DNA from: Hormiphora californensis
Lineage: Eukaryota > Animalia > Ctenophora
Reading direction: 5' to 3'
NCBI GenBank assembly: GCA_020137815.1
Contig: CM035360.1
Location: 6,262,001-6,326,000 of the forward strand
Length of the DNA stretch: 64,000 bases
Under the pieces are notes generated by a model. The model was not told the origin of the DNA. It was given only the letters and a program-made list of their open reading frames with translations, and did no database searches. Each line of letters begins with the position of its first letter. Positions within the stretch are counted from its first letter, which is position 1. This document shows, piece by piece, positions 1-12,780 of the stretch. A program made the position numbers and the translations under genes.

Positions 1-75
1 CTTTTCTCTCCTCTTTTGATCATGATATCTCGATAGGAGGAAATAATGAAATATTCAACGCTCTGTCCGTTTCAG

Positions 76-1605
76 GTCAATTTGGAATGCCGAAAGTCTC
101 ACTAGGGGGATTTATTGGTATGTTTGCTGGAGTACTTGCAGGAATCATTGAGAGCCTGGGTGATTATTATGCGTGTGCTAAACTTGCTGGTGCCCCACCC
201 CCACCAACGTAGGTGTATATATCATTTGGGTTGGGAGATAACACAGTCACTTAAGTCCAAACTCCAAATCAATAACTCAATTCTCAATAAATATGTGCTC
301 TAGGTATGCGATCAACAGAGGAATTCTCCTGGAGGGAGTTGGGTGTTTTGTTGCTGGGTTGGTAGGACCTGGAGTTGGGGTAACCAGCTACACGGAGAAC
401 GTGGGCGCCATCAGCCTCACTAAGGTACACATTATTTTGATTTGTGTAGCTCACACTGCACTCTATGAGGGTTCGGCAGATTACTAAGCTAAGGTACATC
501 TGACAAGTGCCTCACTATAAAGGCACATCATGATCTGACAATTTTATCTTTTTATCACCAAATCAATTGGTGTACATCTCTTGGTTCAATAATGCAAGTT
601 GTTTTATTACGTTATGTCCTATGCACCAGGTTGGAAGTAGGGCGGTGATTGTGTGTAGTGGGGTGTTCATGATAGTAATAGCGTGTATTGGCAAAGTGGG
701 AGTCCTCTTCTCCTCCCTTCCTGAGCCCATTATCGGTGGAATGTACATTGTTATGTTTGGGATCATTGGTGCTGTCGGAATATCCAACCTTCAGGTACTG
801 GGTAATTATCTATCCTTTCATTTATTTATTTTCCTAGAACATAACCAAGCCACAAGCCAACATTCTAAATCAATAGTCAGTCCATTTTATATGCATACAT
901 TTATCTCCAGGTCTCCGTGGTTCGTACTTTTATACTCAATCTTCATTTTCAGTTTGTGGACCTGACCTCCTCCAGGAATATCTTTATCATCGGTCTATCA
1001 CTCTATCCTTGGGCTAGCAATACCTTCCTGGACCAATGCAGAACTTGTAAAGGCAGATAACGTAAGAATATTCATTTTATATCCCCTATCACAAAGTCGA
1101 TTATATATCCTCTACTAATTATTGAACTGTTCTTTCGTGGACAGTGGGAACAGAATAAATTAGCACTGTCAAGATTGTCAGTAGACTAAAATTACCACAC
1201 TCTACTAATTACTAAAATTACTACTTCAGTCCCTCGACACGGGTAATGATGAGTTTGATGCGCTTGTAGCGGTCATTCTCTCCTCTGGAATGATAGTTGG
1301 GGGATCCATAGCGTGCTTCCTGGACAATACCCTACCCGGAACAGACGAGGAGAGAGGTAATCAAGTGTTTAGAGAAAATGTGCTTATCGTAGGTATTGGG
1401 ATAGGGAGAAAATGAAATTGTGGGAATCTACTGTACCTATACCATTATTATACTTTCTATAGGTTTGACAAGCTACCGACTGGCAACAAAAGCAGTTAGC
1501 AATAAGGAGCTGAGAAAGAAAGTTTACTCTGAACCTCTCATGGAAATGCTAGCTAAACGATTCCCTGTTTTGAGAAAGCTACCATTCGTTTGTAAAGACG
1601 AGTAA
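76..1605 (+). CDS. SLC23/NAT-family nucleobase transporter, 3' part (5' end outside window)
   Basis: Exons 76-208, 304-424, 630-794, 953-1061, 1230-1356 and 1463-1605 with GT-AG introns. They give [27 protein letters not shown], the NAT signature [28 protein letters not shown] and [13 protein letters not shown]. One extra base at ~1007 shifts the frame in exon 4. Confidence 0.93.
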
Positions 1606-2315
1606 TATCTTGTTTGTCGGACGTTCTGGTATTGAATTCGGTTAATTAAGTGTATATAAAAGTTTTACAGTTTATATTTTAATTTTATGTTTTTTGGTGT
1701 TTATAAAAACTCATTTCACACATATAAACATCACAAACCTTCCACGAGCATTCTCAACTTAGCCTATCCAAAGGAGCATACACAAGAGGAAGTAATTTGA
1801 GTAATATGTGATTGATGTTTCTCCGCAGCCCGCCGCCACGACCTGTATAGTATACGTGTTACATAACTCTGCAAAGTCTTGCAGAATAATCACAGAATGA
1901 TACCACCAAGCTCGGTTCATTACCAGCTACTGCATGGCTCCACTTTGGAGGAAGGAACTCGCCCAGCATAAATGAAGAAAATTTTCACTTCATTCGATCC
2001 GGTTGGGGTATATTCATTTCATTACAGTATCATAGTAATATATTACTAAGAATTTGAATTTAAAAGGGAATATGTGAAGTCCCTGAAAATGAAAATGAAA
2101 ATATGATCGTACTGCAAGGTAGAATCTGTTAGTTTGTCACGTCTGTCGTAAACCACGGCTTTTACTATTTGTTTTATATCTTTGTAGGCTGCCAAGTTTT
2201 CCTTTGAATTATGTAACCCGCAATCTGTCGTTGAATTGTAAGCACTTTAAAATAACCTCTATATAACACAGCGTCACACACAGAATTGATTCAATGGTCA
2301 ATGTATGCGCCTTAA

Positions 2316-2893
2316 AGGGCCTAAAAACCCAAATTTTATTTCTTTATTTTGAACACTCCATCGTAACAAGCATGCTATTGCAGTCACAAAAAACATAGGT
2401 ACACGCCACACGGGCCCCAGGTGAGCCCAGAGGGAGCCCCTCAAGTTGGGGCCATTTAGGGTCCCCTTGTAAACGCGCTTGTACTCCTTGAAATGCTAAC
2501 AATATGATCCTCTCTCAAATATAAAATTTAGGATAGAAACTATCCTTGTGTTTTAGTAAATTTCATAATCTTTCTCATCAATCATTATTTAAGGCTATCA
2601 AAACTAGGAGAAAAATTACCAGAATACAGAGACAAGAAAGAGTATGTACTCACCTGAAACACAAGGCTAAGTTTAACCAAAACTTCAAATTTCAGAGAGG
2701 ATCATATTGTTAGCATTTCAAGGAGTACAAGCGCGTTTACAAGGGGACCCCAACTGGCCCCAACTTGAGGGGCTCCCCCTGGGCTCACATTGGGCGGGTG
2801 GGGCGTGTACCTATGTTTTTTGGGACTCCAATAGCATGCTTGTTACGATGTAGTGTTCAAAATAATTAAATGAAAGTTGGGTTTTTAGGCCCT
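2316..2893. mobile_element. Non-autonomous foldback MITE with TTAA target duplication (Kolobok/T2-like)
   Basis: TTAA|AGGGCCTAAAAACCCAA...TTGGGTTTTTAGGCCCT|TTAA, with ~200-bp imperfect terminal inverted repeats. Confidence 0.85.
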
Positions 2894-3334
2894 TTAAATG
2901 CACATTTCAATGTGTTTTATTATTATAGTGGGACATGGAAGTGAGTTTATAGCCATGCGTAGAGTACATGCATCGAGTTGGCCGTGTGGCCGAATTCTTT
3001 ATTGTTATTATTATTATTATGTTAATTGATTCAGCCATATGGCATATTCCATCCTGAGACGTATAATACTTTTTACCAGGAGTTCGTAAATTTAAATTCT
3101 TCTACGGATATAATAGCTGTGCAATTGTACAGGCGAGTCGCCAGGTGAAAACCTGGACGAATGCAGTCTCGAACATTTGCACAGCTATAATTCATCCAGA
3201 TGAATGTAGATTTCCCCACACAAATGTTTGTTAGGTATTCATATACAATTATGTTGTGCTCAGAATAAACCATCACATATATCACGTTCATTGAATTATA
3301 CTAACACCACATCTTTAGTAACAGCTGTGTTACC

Positions 3335-4903
3335 ATGGGACCCACTAGTAAAGGACAGTTCCTACGGCTTACTACAACAGATGCAGAAGGGACAATGGAA
3401 CGTCTTACCATTGACCAGGTTCTCGATCGTTGTGTCCCTGGCTTCCGAAACTGGGGCGTCTACTTTCCCATGTTCCTGCTTTTTATCCCTGCTATCAATG
3501 TTGCGATGCAAGTTTTCATGACAATTTTTGCAGGGTTCATCCCCTACACAGAGTGGGAGTGTGTGTCAGAGACATGCTGGGAGGTCCTGGAACAAGCAAA
3601 CAACACCATTTCCAAGAGTGTGATGTGTGACAACAACCTGATTGCCGGGGAGGACTTCAACTGGACGACTGAGAGGACATCCTATGGGGTCGACTGGGAT
3701 TTGTATTGCGATGACTTCAAGCAGTCCGTTGTCAACAGCTTTTTCTTTATTGGTGCCTTTCTAGGTCTCATTTTCTCAAGCATCTTGTTCGATCAATTTT
3801 GTCGGAAATATACATCTCTTGTTGGAGGAACTGGAGGAGTTCTCTGCACATTTTCAGGGGTATTCTTGGACAGCTTCCCTTTATTACTTGCTGCTCGGGT
3901 GGGTCAAGGATTCTGTCAGTTTATTTTCATGACGGGGTGTGTGTGTTGGCAGTTCGAATTCGCTCCGAGTCATCTCCGGAACCTGTGTAACGTGATCGGA
4001 GGGTCAGTTTGGAATTTCGGCTACATGATTATTATTGCAATAGGATACTATGTAACATCGTGGAGGAGAATTTTCCTGATAACCTCGATCGTGAATGCCG
4101 CGTCTATCATTCCCCTAATATTCCTGCCCATGTCCCCGCGGTACCTCCTGGTTAAGGGTAGGGAGGAAGAAGCAAAGAGGATTTTAACCAACTATTCCCG
4201 GCTAGCTGGCGAGAAAATTGACCTCGAAAAGATAGAGCTTGTCTACCAGAAACGACCGCAAAACTTCTTAAAACAAATTCAAGATTTTGTTAAGTATCCA
4301 AAGTTTGGTATCGAATCCTGTGCTCTATTTTTCGCCTGGCTAGCAATCGCAACTCTGAATTTCGGGTATTCATTTGGTTGGGGCCAAATAACCAGCGACC
4401 GATATCTCAGCCACGCCGTAGTTTCGGTAGGAAGGCTGATTGCGTACTTCTTTAACTACCCCGCCTGTCATTACCTTGGAGCCAGGAGGGCCACACTTGT
4501 CTTCATTACGGTGGGAGTAATAGCTGATCTAGTGGCAATGCCGGACTTACAATTCGGCGATAAGTGGAATCTGGAGTACGTGTCGTGTCTTGTTGGGAGC
4601 ACTTCTGTTAGTTGTGCATTCTCACTGATTTATCTACTGACTGCAGAGCTAGCACCAACCTCCCATCGTGGAATGGTCCTTTCCCTGAGCTCAAGTTCTG
4701 CCAGGATCGGATCTTTTATTGGTCCCTACATGAGTCTCATGTATACCGTGGCAGACAGGAGAGTTCCCTTGGTTGTTTTTGCAGTCCTGACGGCGCTCTG
4801 TGGCCTTGCAGTGTGGTTCCAGCCTGATACGAAGGATCGACCTACTCCAGAGACCCCCCAGGACGTGCAATGTTTTGACAAGAAAGCGGGTAAATGCAAA
4901 TAG
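3335..4903 (+). CDS. SLC22-like organic cation/anion transporter (MFS), intronless
   Basis: 522-aa ORF with ~12 hydrophobic segments, a large Cys-containing first loop (DWDLYC), LPMSPRYLL and TAELAPTSHRG motifs. The true start may be the second ATG (MERLTIDQVL). Confidence 0.9.
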   Translation: MGPTSKGQFLRLTTTDAEGTMERLTIDQVLDRCVPGFRNWGVYFPMFLLFIPAINVAMQVFMTIFAGFIPYTEWECVSETCWEVLEQANNTISKSVMCDNNLIAGEDFNWTTERTSYGVDWDLYCDDFKQSVVNSFFFIGAFLGLIFSSILFDQFCRKYTSLVGGTGGVLCTFSGVFLDSFPLLLAARVGQGFCQFIFMTGCVCWQFEFAPSHLRNLCNVIGGSVWNFGYMIIIAIGYYVTSWRRIFLITSIVNAASIIPLIFLPMSPRYLLVKGREEEAKRILTNYSRLAGEKIDLEKIELVYQKRPQNFLKQIQDFVKYPKFGIESCALFFAWLAIATLNFGYSFGWGQITSDRYLSHAVVSVGRLIAYFFNYPACHYLGARRATLVFITVGVIADLVAMPDLQFGDKWNLEYVSCLVGSTSVSCAFSLIYLLTAELAPTSHRGMVLSLSSSSARIGSFIGPYMSLMYTVADRRVPLVVFAVLTALCGLAVWFQPDTKDRPTPETPQDVQCFDKKAGKCK

Positions 4904-5082
4904 AGACTGGTCTGAGAGGCGTTGATCGAACTATTATTTTGCCAGAAAACTGCTAATTACGATTGTTACATTTTGGGCATACCTACATTTAATGTTTCAT
5001 AATCATACACTATTAATTAATATTGCATGTACAAGTGAAGGCAGGAGTGAAATATAATTAGCTGGTAAATTATCAGCTACAT

Positions 5083-5995
5083 GGGTGTGTCTCACCAAAT
5101 TGACACCTCGAGTTTGGAAATTTTGTACAGGTCCGTAGACCACCTAAACATTGGCCAATTTTGTTAATTTTTGTACCAAACTGTCAGAAAATGTCTGAAC
5201 TACTGAATTACTAAATATCATGATAATTATGCATCACTGAGCTGAATTATGATGCATAATATGTCAAAAAAAGCCTTTTTTTGGCGTTGACGTAACGACC
5301 GTAACGACCGTAACGCATTTTTGAACGATCATAGAATCGGTTGTAGTTATCGTACGAAGTTGAAACTGGTACTCAGCGGTAGCTGTGACTGAGTACTTTC
5401 TCCTGTCTGAATTCTGAAGCCTTAGTCCAAAAAGTATGGCCGTGGCTGCCTGAACATTCTGGAGATGTAACATTTGTAACGACCGTAACAGCAACCGTAA
5501 CGTAACGGTCGTTACAAATGTAACGACCGAAACGTTACGGTCGTTACAAATGTAACGACCGAAACGTTACGGTCGTTACATTTGTAACGACCGTAACGTT
5601 ACGGTCGTTACAAAATATGGTCATTTTAGGTAACGACCGTAACATTACGGTGGTAAAACGTTACGGTCATTACAAATGTAACGACCGTTACGTTACGGTC
5701 ATTACAAATGTAACGACCGTTACGTTACAGTCGTTACATATGTAACGACCGTTACGTTACGGTTGTTACGACCATTTTATGTGTAATTTTAAATAGAATA
5801 CACTGTAACGACCGAAACGTTACGGTCGTTACCAATGTTACGGTCGCTAATTAATTAATAATTAATTAATTGATAATCAATTAAACTGACGCGACATACC
5901 GAAATGATCAGTCCTTTACCCGCTTTCAGATGATATAATTTTTTTTGAAATTCTCCGAGTTTGAAATTTTGGTGTCAATTTGGTGAGACACACCC
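5083..5995. mobile_element. Non-autonomous DNA transposon with ~25-bp TIRs, 4-bp TSD (ACAT) and an internal palindromic repeat array
   Basis: ACAT|GGGTGTGTCTCACCAAATTGACACC...GGTGTCAATTTGGTGAGACACACCC|ACAT. The interior (~5290-5850) is many GTAACGACCGTAAC/GTTACGGTCGTTAC units in both orientations. GRG termini plus a 4-bp TSD are compatible with Sola-type elements (tentative). Confidence 0.85.
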
Positions 5996-6922
5996 ACATA
6001 TTCAAAATATAGATCAGCACATGGCATACAAATCTTATTCTATTTTGATCTGGCGATGAATCTTGAACACGGTATTTTACATTTTTAACCGGCCATTTCT
6101 CTGTCCATATATCATATGTTTAAAGCATTTTAATTGGAACGCAAGATGTCTTTCCTTTTACGCTAACGGACTAATTCACGGACGCATTAAATGACTCACA
6201 TTTCCCACGCAAAGACAGTCTTCCTGTCCAATTAAAGAGAGTATTTTCACATACTAATCCGTATACTAATCTGCATTTTTCAAATACACGTGCCACCTGA
6301 AATGAAACAATTTCCTCAACTTATTATCACTATCAGCTTCTGAGTCACGTATGTGTTTTTTCTTAAATTACATCTGTCTCCTTCTCTACTTGCACACATT
6401 TGATGAAATTAAGATGTGAAGGGGGTGTGTTCGCGGAGTGGAGAGGGCCAGGGATAGGTATATTGCAATACAAAATTGCCAATATTTCCCACGTGGGAGT
6501 TGTAGAACTAGATTGTATTGTCTCCTTGTTCTGAGGACAGCCGCATGTTGTCCAACACGTACTATCATATCCTTCCACCCTACTTCGATCTGAATTAGTG
6601 AATTGTTCAGATATTCAACCTGACTTCTATGGAGTCGTTGAACTGAATTATTGATGCTACATGTCTATTATTCATGAATAATAGACATGCATCAATATTA
6701 TTCAGCTGTAATAAACCGGTAAAGCTTTGTTGTTCTTATAATAATATGAACTTTCCTAGGTAGGAACCGGCAGGGTCAACACGTACAGAAGTAATTCATT
6801 GTTCTTGAATCATGTGCCTGTCTAGAAGTAGTACAACTTCGATAAGATTTTGTGGTTGCAGTTGTATACTGAACCAGTTATTGCGTACATGCCAAGATAG
6901 TAGATACGACAGATCGATAGAT

Positions 6923-6929
6923 AGAGAGA

Positions 6930-6985
<56 letters not shown>

Positions 6986-7038
6986 GAGAGAAAGAGAGAG
7001 AGAGAAAGAGAGAGAGATCAGAGAGAGAGAGGGAGAGA
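6923..7038. repeat. (AG)n microsatellite
   Basis: Direct reading. Similar tracts at ~12640-12769, 18237-18322, 21061-21170, 24861-25028, 49768-49852, 61598-61871 (CT), 61997-62090 and 62662-62770; (GT)n at 17326-17367. Confidence 0.97.
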
Positions 7039-9054
7039 TACAAAGGTAGAGAACGAGAATCAATGTTGCCATATGTATGCTCTTGAGCTCTTCTCTGTAA
7101 ATTCTGGATGCTCGACTACTGAAGCAGTGCAGCAGCAATGTACATGTGATACATAAATGTATTGACATGCTACATAGTACAGTCGGAACCCGACTTACCG
7201 GAAGGATAAACTTCCCCCGGTCAAAATTATTTGACCCCAATTTATCGGGCACCCCTATTTACCGGGCGAATTGCGAAACACTTCCCCCGAACATCCTGGT
7301 TTACCGGGATGTTAGTGCAGTGCACTATCTGTAGCATGTCAATTCTTTATTTTAAATCACTAAACATGCACACACTTGTGATCCTTGTTTCACAATGGCC
7401 ATCTCATACACACAGTCAATGGCCTACTGCCCTGCTGCTGCAGTGGTCAGTTTTTTCCGAGTAGATATAATATCCATATCATATTTAGTCTGCAGGTGAA
7501 ATACCTATCTTTATTTATCCAATTAATTAGTCTAACTCTGGGAGAACTGAAGACGTGTCAACTGTCAAGTGACCTGTATTAGGCTTCTTGCATCTCTGCA
7601 GAAAGTTCTCATATTTCCCCTTCAGCTGCAGCTATAAGCAGTCCTCTAGACCAACTTTCAACAGTGCAACTGTGCCTTTAGTCGCCTGAGTCCAAATACT
7701 TATTATGAAGTACACTGTCTAGTTGGCCTCCTACCAGACTAGCTGGACCAATCTTTACCAATACCTTTGGCCACTTCCCCCCCCCCCCATTTCCTGTATT
7801 GTATACACATACAGTGCCGATTAACGGTTCTAAGAGCTGTCTAATTGCACTCAGCAGCAGCACAATATGTTGAATGTGTTCAAGTACACGTCTTGTCTGC
7901 CGTCTGGTACAGTGAGTTATAATACTGTACTGCTAGCACTTGATCGTGTTCAGCTGCATATATTTGAGGATGACACTTTGATGGAATTGTACATTCCCAG
8001 ATAGAGCTTTACATTATAGAGACATGGCATTGTACAATATATTTAATATTAAATTCTTCTCATTGTGCAATATAATGTGTGTGGGATTGGAATCTGTCGC
8101 GACAGATTGTCAGATTTTAATAATCTCAAGTTTCCTGCTTTATTAAAGGCCACCATTTCCCAGATGTAGAACTAATAATATTAATGACATTTAATGTGAA
8201 TGAATGATCAATGATTCTGAAATGAATCTAAAATCTGAATGATTTCAGTATGATACTTCTGATAGTGGAGATAATCCTGGGTCTGTTTACCTGGAAGTCG
8301 GAGGTCCCGGAGGAGAAGGAAAAACGTTCAAAAGGTAACATCCGATCAGTACCCTTCCACTGCACTTTCAAATGAACAGGAAAAGTGTTGCATAGCTTCC
8401 GTTTTTCCTGAAAGTTTCAAAATTAGAAAATGTATGTAGAGCGGTAATGTACATCTAATTTTATGAAGGAGTAACAACATTGAATACACAATACATGTAT
8501 ACAGAAACAGTCACATTCACATACGTCTCTCTGTGCACTATTTGTAGCTCACTTCATACATCGAAACTTGTAAACTCGTTTAGTAATTTTACTCTAGCAA
8601 CTTGCTTTCACTTTATTTTATGTTTAAAATTTGTTTCCGTCATCACAAGAGTCTGATAGGCGGAACAACCTTCACCCTTGAAGTCTTCATCAGAGGTATG
8701 ATTTATAGAGATGATAATATACTGTTGAACTGCGTTATGACAGCTAGATGATAGTTAATATGGGGCGCTGGGAGTTTCTCGTGAGAGATTCTTAGAAGAA
8801 CATTTGAGAGATGTTGTGAGAAATTTAATCTTGGTACCCCACATAAAATATAGATTTGAGGGTGGCGCCTCGAGCGATGACATGATAATTCTTGCGAAAT
8901 AAAAATATAAAAGTTCTGTTTTTGGTTTAATGAAATATTTTCTAAAACTTCAACAAATTATTTACAGCTAAAATCACAAAATACAATTTTCACAAGCACG
9001 CCGGTACATAATAGTATAGTTTTCCTCTGGTTAAAGTTAAATTACTAGATAGCT

Positions 9055-10050
9055 CTAGCCTCTAAAAAACTTCTCAGTGCTATCCGTCAGTTCATTGCCT
9101 TTGCGAAGGTTGTTCAGATTGGTAGTCATGACCACTTGATCACCTCCACCGGTATGTGAATACATGCTAGAATGTCGGAAAAACACCGGGGATTTGCGGG
9201 CCTTCTTCTTCAGCCTCAGACTTATCAGAACAAAGTCCCTGAAGCTGGAAATTGTGAAGAAGTAGACCAGGGGGTTGCAGGTGCAATTCAGGAAGGGCGT
9301 GTAGATGGCCACTTTTACAAACCACAGCAGGTTCCCCGGGATGACCTTGAGCATGATGAGACCGTAAGGGAGGAAGGAGATCATGAAGATCAGGGAGATT
9401 AGAATCACCATGACAACGCTCTGTTTCTGGAGACCCCGGGCCGTGTGCACAAAGTAGAGCAGCCACACTGTCCCAATATTGATAAGGAGGAAGGGTCCAA
9501 AGACGAGGGAGGCGGAGAGAATGGGTTTCAGCCAGGTGTCCAGGGCTTCCACGGATCCTTTGTTGCACCGCATCATGACCGGCGAGTAGCTGACATCCAC
9601 GCCCACGATAAGGTAGGGAACCACGGTGAAGAGACTCAGTAACCAGATAGAAGCTGCCACGACGTATCCACACTTCCTGGTCCGGGTTAGAGCTCGTAGT
9701 GGACAGAGCAGACTGGTCAGTTTGGCCACGTTTATAGAGCAAAGCAGCCCAATACTGGTTGCGGTGGATATACTCTCGAGGTAGTTGGTAGCAATACACA
9801 GGAACCCTCCATATACCCATCCACCCGCCAGGGAGGTCCCTATAGTGGGTAGAATGGCCGTGATACCAGTTATCAGATCCGCTATGGCCAGGTTCGAGAT
9901 GAGGACCAGGGAGACTTTATCGAGTTTTAGGGCACGGAACACCACCGCAGCAAGGAGGACGGTTAGGTTGCCAGTGACAGAGATAATACCCGTGGTGGTG
10001 CTCCAAAGGAAGACGGAGTATCGCTCCACCCCTGAGATGTTGTAGGACAT
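9055..10050 (-). CDS. Class A (rhodopsin-like) orphan GPCR, intronless
   Basis: 331 aa, 7 TM; GN in TM1, LAIADL in TM2, WVYGGFLC, FLP in TM6, CNPLVY in TM7. DRY is replaced by AKL. Confidence 0.92.
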   Translation of the reverse strand: MSYNISGVERYSVFLWSTTTGIISVTGNLTVLLAAVVFRALKLDKVSLVLISNLAIADLITGITAILPTIGTSLAGGWVYGGFLCIATNYLESISTATSIGLLCSINVAKLTSLLCPLRALTRTRKCGYVVAASIWLLSLFTVVPYLIVGVDVSYSPVMMRCNKGSVEALDTWLKPILSASLVFGPFLLINIGTVWLLYFVHTARGLQKQSVVMVILISLIFMISFLPYGLIMLKVIPGNLLWFVKVAIYTPFLNCTCNPLVYFFTISSFRDFVLISLRLKKKARKSPVFFRHSSMYSHTGGGDQVVMTTNLNNLRKGNELTDSTEKFFRG

Positions 10051-12636
10051 GATTGTATAACTGTTAGAGGAAGAGAGTGGGATTAGTAAAAGAGATGATC
10101 AGTTTACTGCAATACTGTCAAACTAAACCAGCAGAACTAATTAAACTCTTTAGAGCTTATCGAAGGGTGTTTAAAATATATAGTTATACAGTATCTCATC
10201 TTGCATTTACTGCAAATTATTCATATCAAGCGCTAGGAAGTGCCTCAGGAGAGCATTTAATTTGTTCAAAGTAGAACTCATTTACTCGACGGCGTTGATA
10301 TAGTGTATTATATTTTAGAAGGAAAGGCCACAGCATCTCAGTAGCCGCTCCCATGCCTCAGTCTAATATATGTGTCTAATAAAGGGAGTACAACAAAGAT
10401 ATGCCTGGCAATTTCTGTACTGCTATACACTGTCGGAGCTCCAATGAAGGTGGATTGTGGGATGGGAAGGAAATAAAAATGAAACACAATGTAATTGTAT
10501 CACAAAAGTTAAAAGTAACAAGTAGGGCCGAGTAGATTAAAGTAATAAAAGTATATTACAATGCATTGCATAAGCACTCATGTGAGACATTGGTCGTTAG
10601 TGCAAGTAGACAGTTATATATGCTACTACAACCAAAAGGTGGTTGAAGCAAAAAGAGATGAGATTGATATTCTTAAGATGAAATGTCTACTGTGGTGGTA
10701 AGAGTAAAACGCTATATGTCTCAGTACTATACTGATCATACTACGAGCATGTTTCGTTCGCATTATTATAACATTATAACCATCTGCATTCGACAAGGTA
10801 ATTCCCATAAAGGTGACAAATCAAAATATGCAAAATCGACGCAAGTAGACATTACATACAATACAATATATACGAATAAGGAAGATAGAGCGATCGTAAA
10901 AAGCTTGATCATATCGGAATGTTGAGCCTTGATGGATATTTTGAGGCTTTAGAAAACCTAAAAATATAAATTCAAGCAGTATTTTACACAGACTGACATA
11001 TACAGACTACAGTTATGCATAACACGAGACAAATATGTAAACACGAGACTCTAGCTCACTACTGACTATACCCAATTTACACAATTGGATTCCATTGGAA
11101 TATCAAGTTAGTTGAATTGTGTAGTACACTCTCTACGACCTACTGTCAGGCCAATGCTCTGACAGAAGACCTACGTAAATAGATAGGATCACTAAATTAC
11201 TTAACCATATTTTAAATGACGTCAAAACTCAAAACAAAGACTGAACATCATACAAAGTTGAAACACAGCATGTTATACCTATGATTATACCGATGTAGAC
11301 GTTTTTCATGAGGCCGTGCAGAGCGAGAAAGAATTTTGAAAATTATAGTTAGTCAGAAGGTAAGTAAGAAAAGCCAAACATTACAGAATGTATGTTAAAT
11401 TGATTGACTCGTTTGTATCTGTTTGCATCTTTCTTTCATCAAATCAGAGATCGATCCGTTCTAGAACCTGTAAGAAACTAAAATAAGATATAGGTAGCTA
11501 TCAGATATATTCAAATCTCAATATCGTATCGGTTTAGCTTGTGAGGTGCTTTTATCGTCTCCCAATGGGGAGAGTTGTAAAATAACACGCAGCGGGCTCT
11601 CAATATATGTGCATTAACTCATTGAAGGCGTGCGTCTTCCCGTCTCCCAAACTACCCCGCTATATAGAAGTTATACAGGCTGACTCATCTGAACATATAA
11701 CCATGTGTGTTATGTATTATGAAATAATAATGTTGACAATGGTTTATAGTGTGTGATTTAAAACATTGTACGCCGTCCCGGCTAGTTGTGGTTACAAGAA
11801 ACAGCTGTGGTATATGCATTGCCTAATGAAAAGCTTCCTAGACACATGTCTTGTACAAGAGGCCAAGAGAGTGGTATATTTGCAAATCATATACATGTGT
11901 TTATGCAGTTTCATATATAAGTGGTTAGGGAAGGGCACATTGCACAGCTTACTGAGGAAGCTCTTAAATAACCATGATCCACGAAGAGTACCATCCTGCT
12001 ATGATCCATTGAACTTATGAGTTATGCACGTAAAATCGTGGACTAATTTGAAATTTTAGGGAGGGGTGCGGTTTATCGTCCCCAAAGGGTTAAGGCTTGC
12101 ATAATTTATAAACTGGGTATGAGCACATGTTAGAAAATCTAAGACTTGAGGAAAGCCTCTTGGATGGTAAACCACTGTCAGAGCATTGGCCTGAGAACTG
12201 TGGTCAGAGCATAAGATATCAGAAAATGCTTGCTATGAAAACTCAGATAACTAACTTCCATGGAAACCTGACATAAAGTAATAGGCCGAAAGTACAATAT
12301 TCCATGGGGTAGAGTATTAAGGAAGAATGTGTCTCTTTGAGTGACGTGCATCTGACAGTCTGGCATACCTGCTAATGTAGCACAACAGCTGTGAACATGA
12401 AAGGTCCATCCTTACTTTTATATAGTACCGCACTAAGACCTCACCCACATTTGAAAGACACACAAAGAGCACATTTCAAAGAGCGATGACAGAGTTCTGA
12501 TATTTATATCACGTCACTGTATCATTTTACTGAACCACTACCTTACTGTATCGTTATCACGAAACACCTTGCTTCCTCATGCACGTGCCGATTGGGTGCG
12601 GTCAATTAAAATTAGTGAATCGAGATGTTGTAAGTG

Positions 12637-12770
<134 letters not shown>

Positions 12771-12780
12771 CATATCAATA

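Noticed and set aside
5289-5850. Palindromic repeat array as a CRISPR or regulatory array
   Set aside because: No spacers; it lies inside a TIR/TSD-bounded transposon.
6812-7252. ORFs with ERERER/SLSLSL runs (also ~12.6, 21.0, 24.8, 49.7 and 61.5-62.8 kb)
   Set aside because: Translations of (AG)n/(CT)n microsatellites.
8630-8700. CTGATGAAGAC on the minus strand as a hammerhead ribozyme
   Set aside because: No GAAA follows the putative stem II, and stems I/III could not be built.
9055-10050. GPCRs as opsins
   Set aside because: No lysine at the retinal-binding position six residues before the TM7 NP/NA motif in any of the three receptors.
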